From Stegostoma tigrinum (taxonomy: Eukaryota), in NCBI RefSeq assembly GCF_030684315.1, contig NC_081368.1:49615734-49679733 (forward strand): 64,000 bases of DNA, read 5' to 3'. The position numbers and the translations under genes were made by a program. Positions 35,511-49,404 of the stretch are shown here, piece by piece. Numbering within the stretch: position 1 is the first letter of the stretch; every line of letters starts with the position of its first letter. The notes beneath the pieces are model-generated. The model ran no database searches. It had not been told where the DNA came from and saw only the letters and a list, made by a program, of their open reading frames with translations.

Positions 35511-35724
35511 TCATATTTCTCATAACAGACATCAAGCTAACTGGCCTATAGTTTCCTGTTGCCTTCCTAAAGAGAGAGGTTATATTTGCTTCTTTTCAGT
35601 TTGATTAAACCTTTGCAGGATCTAAAAAGTTTGGAAAATTAACACCACTGCATCTACTACCTCATTAACAACCTCTTAAGATGGAAGGATGATGTCTATC
35701 CAGAGATAGAGACTTGTCAGCCTG

Positions 35725-36200
35725 GAGAAGGTTCACTAGGTTGATCCTCAGTATACAGACATCTTTTGGGAAAAGCTGCCTAGGTTGGGTTGTATTCATT
35801 GAAGTTTACAAGAATGAGAGACCACTTTACTGAAATAAATAGTGTTCTAAGGGGGTTTGACAGGATTAATGCTGAGAGGTTGTTTCCCCTGGTTAAAGTG
35901 TCGAGGGCCAAAGAACATAATCTGTGTCAAGTGTGACCCATTCGAGATAGAGATGAGGAGGAATTTGTTTCTCTAAGGGTCATGAATCCGTAGAATTCTT
36001 GACTACAGATGGCTGTTGAGGCTGATTTATTAAGTATATTCAGGCTCAGATAGATTCCTAATCATTAAGGGAATCGAGTTATAGGGGGAAAAGGCAGGGA
36101 AGTGGAGTTGATGATTATCAAATCTCCTTGAATAATGGAGCAGAGCCAATAGGCAAATGACCTACTTGTTCTCCTCCAGTAGAATGGTCTTATGATCACA
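35725..36200 (+). mobile_element. CR1 3' fragment
   Basis: RFTRLI..., LFPLV, and the 3' stem-loop region typical of CR1 ends. Confidence 0.65.
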
Positions 36201-36449
36201 AACTTGCTTAGTACCACTTCCTAGTGATTGTAATTTCCTCCCTAAATTTCTCTCTCTCTCTCTCTCTCTCTTCCACAGCTATTACTGAAATGATTTTTGT
36301 ATTCTCCACCATGAAAACAGAATGCTTTTGCTTCTTGGGGATTGCAGAAACGACGTTTTGTCAAAGCTTTTCATCTTGCACTCATCAGCATATTTCATGG
36401 GAGGCATTTGTCTAGTGGTGTTATCATTAGACTATTAATCCAGAAAAAA

Positions 36450-37600
36450 AACACCAAAAGAATTGCGGATGCTGTAAATCAAAACCTGGAAAAGCCCAGG
36501 TCTAGCAGCATCTGTGAAGGCAAAAACAGAGTTAACGTTTAGGGTCCGGTTACCTTTCCTCAGAACTACAGTGGCTGGGAAAACGTCAGATTATATACAG
36601 AAAATAGGGAAGTGGGTGGAGTAGGGTGTAAACGATAGGATAGGGTCCAAAGAGAAAGACAGTTGGATAAAGGAGTTGCTAACGATCTGGCTGGGAGGGT
36701 GAATAGTTGTTAATGGGGACTGTTAGTGACTAACAACAGTGGGTGGTAATGGCAGGCTATGTGGTAAAAAGGCCTGGTGTGTGGGTTAGGGGATTGAGGC
36801 ATGGGAGAGTTTAAGCCCTAAAATTATTGAACTCATATTGAGTCCAGAGGGCTGTAGGGTCCCCAGGTGGAAAATGAGGTGTTGTTCCTTCAGTTTGCAT
36901 TGGGCTTCGCTGGGATACGTCAGCATGTCAGAGATGGAAATGTTGGCCAGGGAGCAGGGTGGTGCATTGAAGTGGCAAGCAACAGGCAGTTCAGGGTCTT
37001 TTTTGCAAGCAGAACTAGATGTTCTGCGAAGCAGTCGCCAAGTCTACGCTTTGTTATCCCAATGTAGAGGAGACCACATTGTGAGCAGCAAATGCAAAAG
37101 ACTAGATTCTGGGAAGTGCATGGTATGTTTGAGCTCCTGGCTACTGGGGAGGGAGGAGATAAATGGGCAGGTGTTACACCTTCACTGGTTACAGGGGCAG
37201 GTGCCATAGGTCTGTGGGTGAAGGGAGTGTGGACCAGAGTATCGCAGAAGGAACGGTCCCTGCAGAAGGCGGACAAGGGAGGGGAATGGGTCTGGTGGTG
37301 GAATCTCGCTGTAGCTGGTGGAAATGGCATCTGATGATCTTCTGGATGTAGACACTGATGGGATGGTAGGTAAGGAGAAGAGGAACCCAATTACTGTTGC
37401 TGGGAGGGAAGAAGTACAGAGATGACTCAGACCTGGTTGAGGGCCCTGTCAACAACGGAGCTGGGGAATCCTCAGTTGAGGAAGGTGGACATTTCAGAGG
37501 CTCCCTGTCGAAGTTGGCCTTATCTGAACATATGCAATGGAGACGAAGGAACTGAGAGAATGGGATGGAGTCTTTACAGGAAGTGGGGTGTGGATGAAAC
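36450..37600 (-). mobile_element. Penelope-like element (RT thumb, GIY-YIG endonuclease, terminal repeat)
   Basis: ORF 37189..37602 has SCKDSIPFSQFLRLHCICS. ORF 36920..37390 has CTSQNLVFCICCSQCGLLYIGITKRRLGDCFAEH. A decayed hammerhead motif lies at about 36534-36563. Confidence 0.88.
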
Positions 37601-37834
37601 AAGATCGGTTACGGTAGTGGATACAATGGCCTGATGTGCCATGGGGCTCATGGTTCAGGGGAAGGTAGGAGGAGGTAAATGAGAATTGTCTGTGAATTAT
37701 GCCTTCAATTTGAAGAAATTAATACGAAATGCAATGAAACACGTAAGATCTGGTAAAACCTTTTTTACGCACTCGGCCTCTGCAAGTTGGAAGGTCAGTA
37801 CGTTAAACTACAACAGCACCACCCTTAATCGGCA

Positions 37835-38150
37835 GGCATCCCAGGTAATGTTCTGGAGACCCAGATTTGAATCCCACCAAGGCAGATGGTGAAGTTTGAA
37901 TTCAGTAAAAATCTACAATTAAAAGTGTACTGATGACCATGAATCCATTGTTGATTGGCAGAGAAACTAATCTGACACACTAATGTCCTTTGGTAAGGAA
38001 ACTGCCATCCTCACCAGGTCTGGCCTACATATGACTCCAGACACACAGCAACATGGTTGATTCTTAAGAACCCTTTGGGCAATTAGGAATGGGCAATAAA
38101 TGCGGGTCTAGCCAGTGATACCCACATCCTGTCAATGAATAACAAAAAAA
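37835..38150 (+). mobile_element. SINE sharing its 3' tail with the LINE at 60807-61570
   Basis: B-box-like agatttgaatccc. The tail gggcaataaatgc..gccagtgatacccacatcc..aatgaataa also occurs at about 15695-15745 and 61520-61568. Confidence 0.6.
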
Positions 38151-38714
38151 AAGTACTACTTGAGGGGAGTGCACTGATTGTTTAGCACATAGACTGTGAC
38201 TATTCGTGGCAATGCCATGAGGTGGAGCTTTCCTATTGAATTCTTGTGAATTGTCCTGATAAGATCAATACAAAGAAAATTGAACAAAACGTGTCATTTT
38301 TCAGCATACTCAAGTTCTGCACTACCAAATGACTATTTATATTGCATTTCTATTTTCTAATACCTACCACATCGCCAAAGCCCATTACTTTATCCCAATT
38401 ATTTATTTATAATTATTTCCTGGCAATTTGAGTGCTTACCCGTCATCCCTAGTTTAATATTTGATGCTCATCTAATTTCTCAGCCATGTCACTAGTGGCC
38501 TTCTACTTTAAATCAACCACGTTTGTGGGACTTTATCAAATGCACTCTGCAAGTCCCATATAAAATACATCCATAGACATTCCCCTTGTCCATTACCTTG
38601 GTCACCTCATCAAAAAAAAAATACAATAAGGTTTGTCACACACGACTTCTCTGTCATGAACCCATGCACACTAACTGAAATTATTTTCAGGATATCCTTG
38701 ATTACAAATGATTT

Positions 38715-38825
38715 CTGAAGAAGGGTCTAAGCCCGAAACGTCAGCTTTCCTGCTCAGCCTGCTGTGTTCATCCAGCTGTACACCCTGTTATCTCAGATTC
38801 TCCAGCATCTGCAGTTCCTACTATC
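38715..38825 (+). repeat. Short Penelope-derived repeat with intact minimal hammerhead motif (38715-38742)
   Basis: CTGAAGA-AGGG(tctaag)CCC-GAAAC-GTC, followed by the family tail gcctgctgtgttcatccagc..ccagcatctgcagttcc. Confidence 0.7.
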
Positions 38826-40449
38826 TATGGTCTATAATCTCCTGGTTTTCCTCTTTCACTCTTCTTAAAAAAACAGAGTGACATGCAATTTTCCAATGCA
38901 ATCAGGATTGCTTATATATTCCTGAGCACATTGGGGCAAATACATGAAAGAAGAATTAAAGCAGTGGCTAAAAAGATTACTGGTATTTGGTGAGCAGTAC
39001 CAAAGAGACAGCACAGATATGATCAGTTAAATGGCCACCTTCTGTGGTGTACTATTCTATAATTCTCCACCCCTCCCCACTGGGAGGGAGGTACGTGTGC
39101 GTTTTTACTACAAATGCTCCCGACTTTACTATGGCTACCTTGTTACCATTCAAGGATTAACTCCGCTTACTGACATTCCTTATAGCTCACAGGGATCACC
39201 AATAAAAAGACTGAAATAAGCATTTCTGCCAATTTGTCAAATCCCTCAGAACATCCTGATACACCGTAGTCCAAAAACCTCATATGGAACTGTTACATTA
39301 ACTTAGCTTGGTTACTGTCTACATTAGCTGAGAGGTCGCACCTGATAAGAGGCAGATTTCCCATTGGTGATGCTGATAAAGCCCAGCAATATATTGTGTT
39401 TAAAAATGGACATGGGATCTTGCCACACTGAAATGTCACCATGCCTGAGGATTAATACAAAAGGCAATGAAACACATAAGATCTGGTAAAACCTTTTTTA
39501 TGCAGCACTTACTCCATACCAAGTGATCAAAGTAATGCATTAATTTTCAAGAAACAATACATTTACCTAAAGTACAATCATAAAGTGAACATATAAACAG
39601 GAGGCACAAATTGGCAAAATATTCCGTAAAGCAGATAACTGTACTAAGTGAGTGAAGTAACTGTGTATTTAAATATAAATCTATATACACGAGAATTTAA
39701 TGCAAATTATCAAATTTCTCAATACATATCAGATTGCAGGCCTTCATCTTAGTATACTTATAAATTTATTTAAATACAATACACAATTGCAACATATAGA
39801 CATCAGATGCTTTCTTCAAATCAAACAGACAACAAAATTAACTTTTCCAGCCAAAAACTGCCTTTAAAAATATTGCCTTTTGGCCATAAAAACAAGCAAA
39901 TACCGGTTAACAATAAAAAAAACTATACGGTATTTCCACTGAATGAAAATATAGAAAGCTGCTATACCAGTTTCCCTTCTCTCCCTCCCACCCAAATAAA
40001 AATCACTTCCCATTATGTTAATCTGTGAATAGGACAGAAAAGTAACTGTAGTGGTAGGGTAGGAGAAGAAAATAATATTTATACAGGTTTTTAACACTAA
40101 TCTGAAAGCCATTACAATTTTTAGAATCAGTGACTGAAGACTAGGACACATTCTGTACCCTTGCTACAGTGATCATTACCCTTCTCAGAGCTTTTAACCA
40201 AAAAACCAGGAGCCCAGGTACATCAATTTTTAAGATATATGGACTTCTCATTTCAGATCATGTATTGCAGTGACTAAGTATTGTTGGTAATCTTCTCATT
40301 CTATGTTAGGGTAATGTCCTCAACTTACTAACTGCAAATATTGTAAGCAATTTGTTGGGTGGACAAGAGGGAGCTACAGATAGAATTATTCTGTGGTCTT
40401 AATTACTTACTTAATTTCTTCAAACTGAAGACATAATTCACAGACAAGC

Positions 40450-40485
40450 ATAAATAAATAAATAAACAAACAAACAAACAAACAA
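40450..40485 (+). repeat. Compound (TAAA)n(CAAA)n microsatellite in the presumed FUNDC2 3' UTR
   Basis: ataaataaataaataaacaaacaaacaaacaaacaa. Confidence 0.9.
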
Positions 40486-42410
40486 TCAAGCATCCCATGA
40501 CCGAGCTTATATTTCAATGCAAGGTCTGTAAAGGATCATGGCAAGACTGGAGGACAAAGAGTCAAGTAAGGACAGAAAATGTACTATTCGTTGTATGATG
40601 AAAGTGACCATCTAAATTTTTGTCAGTTAGCGAACATGTAACACCAAAGACTAACAGATATTCAATAAAACAGATCTAAAGAAGTTAAACCAATTGAGAG
40701 TGATGTTTGGAGTAAAAATGCCCGTCTGCATTTAGTAGACAGCAACTTTTTATTAAAAAATAGCAAATTCACCAGTTTGTCCGAAAGCTAGATATGTAAA
40801 TGTATAACTGCACTACAAGTTTTACAAACATACATCAAAAATGACGTTACTGTCCGACTTTTCATTTTTACTCGTGAATAGAAATTTCAATTTAGCCTGC
40901 CCAATGACTAGATAGCTCACTTTTCAAAGATACTATTTAAGATAAGCTTGTATTTATAGAGCACCTTTGATGTTCTCAGCATTTTGCAAAACTCTTCGTA
41001 CCTGATGAAGTACTTTTGAAATGTCGTCACTGTCAAACATAATAGACAAATTTGCACACATTGAAGTCTCATAGTGACCAGACATCTGCTTTCATGATTC
41101 CAGTTGACAGTCAAATATCAGACTCTCCTTTATTTTTTGAAAACTATCTCAGAATCTTTTGCATCCACCTAAAAGAGGAATACAAGGTCCCAATTTAACA
41201 CCTTATCTGAAAATAATTGCCTTCAGCGATGCAGCACTTCCTCAATATGGCATTAGTATGAACCTGGATTTCATGCTGAATTCAATGGGGGAGGATTTGA
41301 ATTTATAATCTTCTGACTTAAAAGCAAATCATTACTTGAGATGTAATAATGTAACAGCTCAAGTATGAAAAGACAAGGCATCATAAAAATCAGTACTATG
41401 TCGTGCCTACCTACACTGTGCACATACAGAATTAGAGACTTTTCTTTTTTACTGGGACACCAGGGCTCTTGAGGTTCCAACACGATGAATCTCTTATTGC
41501 CAACTGTTGAAGCCAAACAAGTTCTAACCCCTGGGTATACTACAGTAATTAAAGCATAAACATGAAGTACGGGAAAGGTATGATTCAGGCTATGCTCATA
41601 AGCAACATGATCTCAGAATACTTATGGCAATGTAATTAATAAGTTAGAAAACATCTGCAAGTAACTTTTAAACCTCAAATATAATAAAGATTCTCAAAGG
41701 ACAAAGCAAAACAAGAAACAGTGCATATAAAAAGTCACCTGATCTCTTAAGATATTGTTTTAACTTTGAAAAACACTCACGTCCAGTTTTCGTAATGCCA
41801 TGTCACACTGAATTTGTCACGATATCTATGTCAAGCTGGCAACTACAGCATGTGATGTAACACAAACAAATGGCATAAGCTCCAGTCCATTTAAAGTGTC
41901 ATTAAGGGGAGTGTCCAGCCTTCATAAAATCTTAACATTTAGAAATACTTATTCTTAGTAATGTGCAGCATATAGCCCAAAAACATGCAAACAGAGTCGA
42001 TGTCAGCTCAGAAGTTCCATATGATGGTAAAATATGAAGATGGTAAGATGTGAAGTATGAAGTATCACAAAAAGATGAACATCTGTGATTGCATAATGAA
42101 GCAAGTTAAAACGTGAGACCCACATCTCAAACAATGCAACCAACCATACTGAAACATTGTACCACCATTTTAATTATCGTTATAAAGCAGGGCAAAAGTA
42201 ATGCTGACTCAGATGATTGAGGTCACAGAGTCAATTCAGTGATGCAAATTCCTTCCAATAAAGTAAAATTGAAGATACTAGCTCAGCAATGTCTTTGGGG
42301 CACGCAAACCCAACTTAGAAGCATGTACAATCTATCAAGGGTTTCAGGGCAGGGAGAGAAGTAATAACGGACTGTAATTCATCAACTGTAGTAACATCTT
42401 CAACCAATCC

Positions 42411-42488
42411 TCATGAAGCAAGTCCAAGTAGGAATCCACCAACAAAACCCCCAGTAAGGACAATGTTCTTCTTCACAAACACAGTCAC
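42411..42488 (-). CDS. FUNDC2: FUNDC2 coding exon 5 with stop
   Basis: cacag|[25 protein letters not shown]. Confidence 0.95.
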   Translation of the reverse strand: MTVFVKKNIVLTGGFVGGFLLGLAS

Positions 42489-42594
42489 CTGTGTGGGGTA
42501 GAAGGAAAGGACAGAATAATTAGCATTTACCATTTCACAGCAGTTGTGGGGGAACAAAGGATAACCTATGGCACGAAATTGTTTAAAAACCAAA

Positions 42595-42805
42595 AAGAAC
42601 TGCGAATGCTGTAAATCGGAAACAAAACTAAAGACTGCTGGAAAAGCTCAGCAGGCCCAGCAGCATCTGTGAAGAGAAATTAGGGTTAATGTTTCGGATC
42701 CACTCAAAGTTCTGAAAAAGGGTCACTAGACCCAAAATGTTAATTCTTGTTTTCTCTTCACAGATGCTGCCAGGCTGCTGAGCTTTTCCAGCGATCTCTA
42801 TTTTT
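42595..42805. repeat. Inverted pair of Penelope-derived short repeats (long hairpin) in FUNDC2 intron 4
   Basis: gctggaaaagctcagcag..gcagcatctgtgaagagaaa is mirrored by tttctcttcacagatgctgc..ctgctgagcttttccagc. Confidence 0.8.
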
Positions 42806-43102
42806 ATTACAGAATTGTCTGGTTTAAATTGTTCCTAAAACAGAATTTCACTATCACTGCAAACCATAAATCTAATAAGACAGTCTCTACAGCTGTTAAG
42901 ATGATACATTCAGTTTTATTGAATGTTCAATTTTTTTTGTCAGCAATCATGTCTAAATTATGAAATAAATCCTTCAAATATCATCCAACGGAAAAAATGT
43001 GCCAAGATAATAATATGTTTTCGTTACCATGACTTTTATTTGGTTAATAAAACTGAAAATAACTAATAACACAAGTACACCACCATGTCATCATTTTCCT
43101 AC

Positions 43103-43231
43103 CTCATCAATTGCACCATGTACTTCTGGAGCAACCTTACTCTTGCCAATTTTCAATTGTTTCTTTGCCTTATTTACATCCCTTTCCACTCGTTTCCAGT
43201 CAATAGTGATATATCCTGTATGATTGGCAAT
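43103..43231 (-). CDS. FUNDC2: FUNDC2 coding exon 4 (129 nt)
   Basis: [43 protein letters not shown], with AG/GT boundaries. Confidence 0.95.
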
Positions 43232-43689
43232 CTGAAAGAAAAACTAGAACATCACTCCATCCACATTGAGAGTCATTACTTTTCACAGGATTCTGTATTA
43301 TGATTTACAGTATCTTCTCCTAATGGATATGCTGTTTAGTTGTAAATCATCTGAAATGTTTCTTACTAAACACTATTGTCAAAATAGCTTTTCTCTTCCT
43401 CCCACTAATGAGTGGAAACAAGCTGATGTTCTTAGGAAATTGGTTATCACTATCTCCACAGCAATAGCAAAATTACAGCTCTTTTCACTTGCATTATAGA
43501 AATTGGATTAACTTCTCCATTCAGCGTAGACAGTATACACATTGTACATATTCATGAATGCAGACATGCATAATCACCACACAATAGAAATTTCATGCAA
43601 ACTGGACTAAATCAGCAGCTGAAATTGAACTTCAAGCAGGTGTTGGTGAAGAAGACAGTTCAAGCATTTGATTCAGTGAAGAAGAAACA

Positions 43690-44610
43690 TCTGATAAATT
43701 TTGTGCCTTTTGGGAGAGAACTTGTAGGTGGTGGCATTCCCATAATTTGCTGCCAAAGTAGTAGAAGTTATGGGGCTGCAAGGTACCGTTCAAGAATCCT
43801 TGGCAAGTTACTGCAGTGCGTCTTGTAGATAATACATACTGTAGCCACTGTACACCAGAAAGAGTGAATGTTTAAGAAATGAATAGGATGCCAGTCAAGA
43901 GAGCTGCTTTGTCCTGGATGGTGTCAAGCCCCCAGGGTATGGTTAGAGCTACACTAAGTTGAGAGTGTTCCTTGTAAATGGTGGAAAATTAATCAAAAGT
44001 CAGGTGGTGAGTGACACACTGCAGAATAATCTAACTGACTTTTGTAACCCAGCTTCTCCTCGATGGTACAATTATCCTGCAAATTCCCCTTTCCCAATTT
44101 CAGATTCAGTGACGGTAATGTCATTTAATATTGATGCCAATGGTCACTGCTTGATATTTGTGCGGCAGAAATGATACTTGTCATTGATCAATCCAAGTCT
44201 GACTGTTGGCCAAGCCTTACTGAATGCAGATATAAGAATTATTTCAAAATCTGAAAGGTTGCAAATGGAACTAAACACTATATAATCATCAGTGAACATT
44301 TCCACTTGTGATGGGCGGGGGAGGGTGTAATTGATGAAGCAGCTGAGGATTGGCTGGGCCTACAGTCTGATAAACTTCTGCAGAAAATGTTCCAAGGTTA
44401 TGATAAGTGGGGTCCAACAACCTTCCTTTGTGCTAGGGCATGACACCATCTAGCTAGTGGGAGTACTCTGATTCCCATGGATTTACATTATACAAGAGTT
44501 GTGTACTGCCACATTCAAGTCAAATGCCAGCTACCTTGATGTCACGGGCAGTCAGGAAATAAGATCTTTTTTATCCGCATTTGGACCAAAACTGTTATGA
44601 GGTCTGGAAA
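43690..44610 (-). mobile_element. Decayed LINE (same family as 60807-61570)
   Basis: 43870-43930 is the reverse complement of the gacaccatccaggacaaagcagc motif seen at about 57630 and 61140. Confidence 0.6.
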
Positions 44611-45918
44611 AACTGGGATTGCACTCTTTAAAGCATTAATGATTAAGGGAGATCTGATAAAGATTTTCAAAATCATGAAGCGTTTTAATAAATAAGGAAC
44701 AACTTTTTAAAAGGCAGAATAGTCAGCAACCTCATGACAAAGATTCAAGGTAAATGAAAAGAACCAAGTGCAAGATTTCTGAAGAAGGATCCCAAACCGA
44801 AACATCAAGCTTTTCTGCTCCTCTGGTGCTGCTTGGCCCGCTGTGTTCATCCAGCTTCACATCGTGTTATCTCAAATGCAAGATTAGTTTTGTTTTAAAA
44901 AAAAGCAATGAATCGTCCTGATCTGGGATACACTGCCTGAAAGGGTCTTAACAAAGGAAACTGGGTAAATATTTGGAAGGGGAAACTTTGCAGAACAGCA
45001 AGATAGGGGACATGGAACTAAAACTAATCAGATAACTCTTTCGTACAGCTAATATTGAGATTATGGGCTAAATGGCCTTCCGTGTGTAAGAGACTATTGT
45101 TTTCAGTTTGCTGGCCTCTCCGTTTTCTGGTCCCTAGCAGTATCATTTTTTATCCTTGCTTCCGCACAAACACTACAGCATGCAAAAAAACAGTTCATCA
45201 TGCATGAAGAAAAATATGCAGTTTTTTTTTAGAAAGAACACTGGAATTGCTGTTGCCAATGAACAGCAACAAAACTGTAAGATCAAACACGAGAAATGAA
45301 ACAGAATACAGACACAAGGAGTAGTAATTTTGAATTAATGGGGTTAGGGAGGGGCAGTTGGACATTAGTTATAAACTCGCCAATATTTATATAGTCCCTT
45401 GTATATAGAGATTCAGTGCAACCCCCTTTGTATATGACAGTTGGGACATAAAACAAATGCAAAAACTCGTGAACTAATGAAATCAATAACTTGGATCATA
45501 CTTTAGCAATTAATCAGACTAACTTAGTTCATCTACTCAGGCAGCTCACTTGATTGCAAAATGCTCAAAGACAGCAAGGTGAACAAACGGCACACTTATC
45601 ATACACTACCAGCCAGGGATGAACAAATGAATGTATGATGCCTAACTGCTGCATTTTACATTTACATCTGCTGAATTATCAGCTCAAAATCAATTTAACA
45701 CATTCTAAAAAAACTATTAAAGTGTTAAGAATTTTGTTTACAGGATTAAATCCCTAAATTAATGAATACATACATAAACCCCAAAATGTGCATAGATTTG
45801 GTGCACAGATCGTGATGAGCCACCTCAGCCTTTAAGTCCCTCTCTACAGTTAAAGCTCTTCTCTCATTCTACCACTCAAAAAGACTTTACATTTCCCAAC
45901 TCAGTAACTGACTCTCAC

Positions 45919-45994
45919 CTGAAGCAGAAAGAAACCTCCACCAACTGCTGTTGCTGCTAATTTTCCAACCTTCTGAAACAGGAACCCTGCACAC
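45919..45994 (-). CDS. FUNDC2: FUNDC2 coding exon 3 (76 nt)
   Basis: (W)[25 protein letters not shown], the FUN14 core. Confidence 0.96.
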
Positions 45995-46189
45995 CTACAA
46001 CAAAATGGCAGAAATTTAATCTTTAAAATTATTGACAGATAGAGAAATCAACAGATTCACTCACCTCTCTCCTCAAGATTGCTTTCCTTAGATTCAGTTG
46101 ACAATGAATAATTACGAAAGAAACCAATGAAATATTGGTCCGTATATTACAGGGTATAAAATTAAAAGTGAATTTGGGAAATTGGTTAA

Positions 46190-47140
46190 GCAGCAGGTGA
46201 CAGGAAGTGGGTAGAATGGGTTGGGGCTCAAATTGGCAGAAAGTGACCAGTGGTGTCCCTGAAGGATCTGTGCAAGGGCCTCAATTATTCACATTAGTTC
46301 AATTCAATTCGGCAGAATTGCAAAGATTGTAGACGATAGCGTAAAATTACAAAGGGAGATTGGTAGACTGTGTGAATAGGCAAAACTGTAGCTCATGGAG
46401 TTCAATGTAAGCAAGGATGAGACTATCCATTTTGGACCAAAAAAGGCTGCTTTCTATACAGTATGAAGTTTTATGCAGTGGATGCCCAGAGATTTGGGGG
46501 TTCAGGTTCATACGTCTTTAAAATATCAAGTGCAGAAAATAATTAAGAAATCTAATGGAATGCTGATCTTTATATCTAGACGATTGGTGAACAAGGATGT
46601 AGCAGTTATGCAAACCCTTGGTTACATCCCACTTGGAGTACTGACAGCAGAATGGTGCACCACACTTTAGGAAATATTTACTGACTTTGAAGAGAGTACA
46701 ACGTAGTCTTACAAGAATGATAACCCACACTTCAGAAGTTAGGTTATGAAGAGAGATTATACAATTTAGGTCTGTTTTCTGTAGAAGTTAGAAGGTTAAG
46801 GCATGAACTGATCAAAGTCTTCAAAATATTAACAGGAAAAGATAGGATAGATAAAGATAAACTATTTCTATTTGTTGGGGATTCTAGAACAAGGGGCATA
46901 GTCTGAGAATCTGGACCAGACTATTAGGAAGCACATCTACACACAAAAGGTGGTAGATGTTTGGAACACTTCCACAAATAGCAGTAGATGTAGGATCAGT
47001 TGTTAGTGATCAATCTGATATAGATAAATTTCTGTTAAGCAAAGGTATAAAGGGATACAAAGTTAGACCATAGATCAGCAATGATATCACTGAATGGTGG
47101 AACAGGCTCAAGGGACTGAATGGCTTACTCCTGCTCTCAT
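46190..47140 (+). mobile_element. CR1 LINE 3' portion
   Basis: VTSGVPEGS, RDLGVQVH, QKVVDVWN motifs and the 3' stem-loop. Confidence 0.8.
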
Positions 47141-48186
47141 GAATGCAGCTTACATTAACAGCATGAATGAAACAAACATAGAAAATGCTGGGGTAATTCA
47201 GCACGTTTTCAGTTGGATATGTATCTTCAGGATTGTCACATCAGACCTGAAATGTTAACTTTGTTTCTCTCGCCACGGATGTTGCCAGACCTGCTGAGCT
47301 TCCTCAAACTTCAAGTATTTTGCTTTTATAACGTTTTGAGAGTTACCCAACAGTGATAAAGATCCTGGGAGAAATGAATTGAATAGAAACAACCTAGTTC
47401 CTAACAACCAAATGAATTCACACTACTATCCAAAGGTTGACAATAATTCAAAGGCTTATTCAGAGGTCTTAAGATTGGTTGGTTAAAACTATCACATTAT
47501 TGGGAACTTGACTTGAGGAAGCTTCATGCTTATACTAAATACAAAAGTAACTGAAATTGCTCCTCCTTATCTGAAGATTTGGAACTTGTTCTAAAGATAT
47601 TTTCTAATCAATCTGTACAGACAAGTTATGATACCTTGAGAGTAAATGGACCTTGAACTTGAGTCTCTTGGCTCCAAACACTTTCGCTAATGAAATCTTT
47701 GAACACAAACTAGTAATTAGAAGTGGTTTAAGGAACAGTCAGGGACTCTCCGGAAATATGGAGTCTTGGTTTAATTAAAATATCCTTTTTCCTTTTTATT
47801 CACGTAGCCAATAGTGATTTGAAATGCTTTGACCATTTCAATTGGTATAGTTCATTATGAATGTTAAATTCTAGGTTTTTTTCTTTAACCTTGCATAGAC
47901 TTAAAAATATGCTACTACATTACACGAGCAATCCATTCATTGGGATATTGTAGTAGAAAAGGAACTTTCCAATTCAGGTCATGAGATTGAATTTGCATAG
48001 GTTGTCTCAATGTTTCTTGAAAAGTAAGTAACCTTGGCTACAATGATACATGTTTAAAATGAGCTAATGTAAATCATATAACTGAGGATAGTTTTTTCAG
48101 ACGATCTCCAATACCAAGTTCTGTCCATTCCTGTAAACAGCATTAAAAAAATCTCTGCTTAAAGTGAATCAAAAGTTAAATCTCAC

Positions 48187-48343
48187 CACCCGCTGGCTCC
48201 TCCAATCATCAGCTGTGTTGCTACCGTGTATTTTTCAGCAATTGGTCCAGAATTTCTTCCAAAGAATCGATTCCACCATCTTTGTCGTTTGGCATACTCA
48301 GCTAAATCCAACACCTCAAACTGGCCATTATCATTGGTTTTGT
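48187..48343 (-). CDS. FUNDC2: FUNDC2 coding exon 2 (157 nt)
   Basis: (D)[52 protein letters not shown]. Confidence 0.95.
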
Positions 48344-48939
48344 CTGGAAAGAAAGACCTTAGTCATTTTTAAATAGAGTCTATCCAGATATGTAATCCAC
48401 TATCTGTGGTATATTTTTCTAGTCATTAGAAAAAAAGAATCAACATGGAGCAACACTGATAATTGCCATCTTATGACACTAATTTTGGATGGACATTTAT
48501 CATTGGTACAAATAGTACCACTGCTTATTTTGCCAGTCATTCTGAACAAATAAAGCAACCACAATGTGACGATGTGACTCCTCAGGTACAATCTTAATTA
48601 TTGCGGCATGGTGTGCAGATTTGAAATACTTCTGGGAAAAAAAAATCAATATTTTTTGGATTGAAATACCTGTAAGAGCATTTTACCTAATGAATCAGAC
48701 ATTTTAGAACATAACAAGCATTATAAAACCTGTACATTACTCATGCCTTTCTTTCTTCTCACTCCATCACAGCACATTTCACAAAGACACTTACATTCAT
48801 GTCCGGGCACAATTGTTCCTGTATCCAAAAAGCACTGGGAACTTTTGAAAGTGAAACATCCAAATGTATAAATTTGAGAGGATATAATGTGTACATTTTT
48901 AAAATTGCAGCAATGTCAAAATAATGACTTAATAATTGA

Positions 48940-49402
48940 CTGCGAAAATATATTCTGGGAAGTGCAGGTGAAGTGTTGCTTCACCTGGAAGATATGTTTG
49001 GGGCCCTTGGATACTGGGGAGGGAGGTGGTAAATGGGCAGGTGTTGCGTTCTGCTCGCAAAAAAGACCCTGAACTACCCACTGCCTGTTACTTTAACGCA
49101 CCACCTTGTTCCCTGGCCAACATGTCTGTTGGTCACTAATAGTCCATGTCAACAAATATTCACCCTCCCAGTCTGATCGTTATCAACTCTGTCTGTCCAA
49201 GTGCTCTTCTCTCTCTTTAGGCTGAATCCTGTCATTTACTCCCTACCCCATTTCCCTCCCCTTTTCTCTGCATACGTTTTCCAAGCTACCATTAGTTCTG
49301 AGGAAGGGTCACTGGACACGAAACATTAATTGTTTTTCCCTTCACAGATGCTGCCTGACCTGCTGAGCTTTTCCAACAACTTTGTTGTTGTTCCTGATTT
49401 AC
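48940..49402. mobile_element. Penelope-like fragment with inverted 5' part
   Basis: 48940-49045 is in the same orientation as 37090-37175, while 49046-49402 is the reverse complement of parts of 36480-37015. Hammerhead-like CTGAGGA..CGAAAC at about 49298-49325. Confidence 0.7.
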
Positions 49403-49404
49403 AG

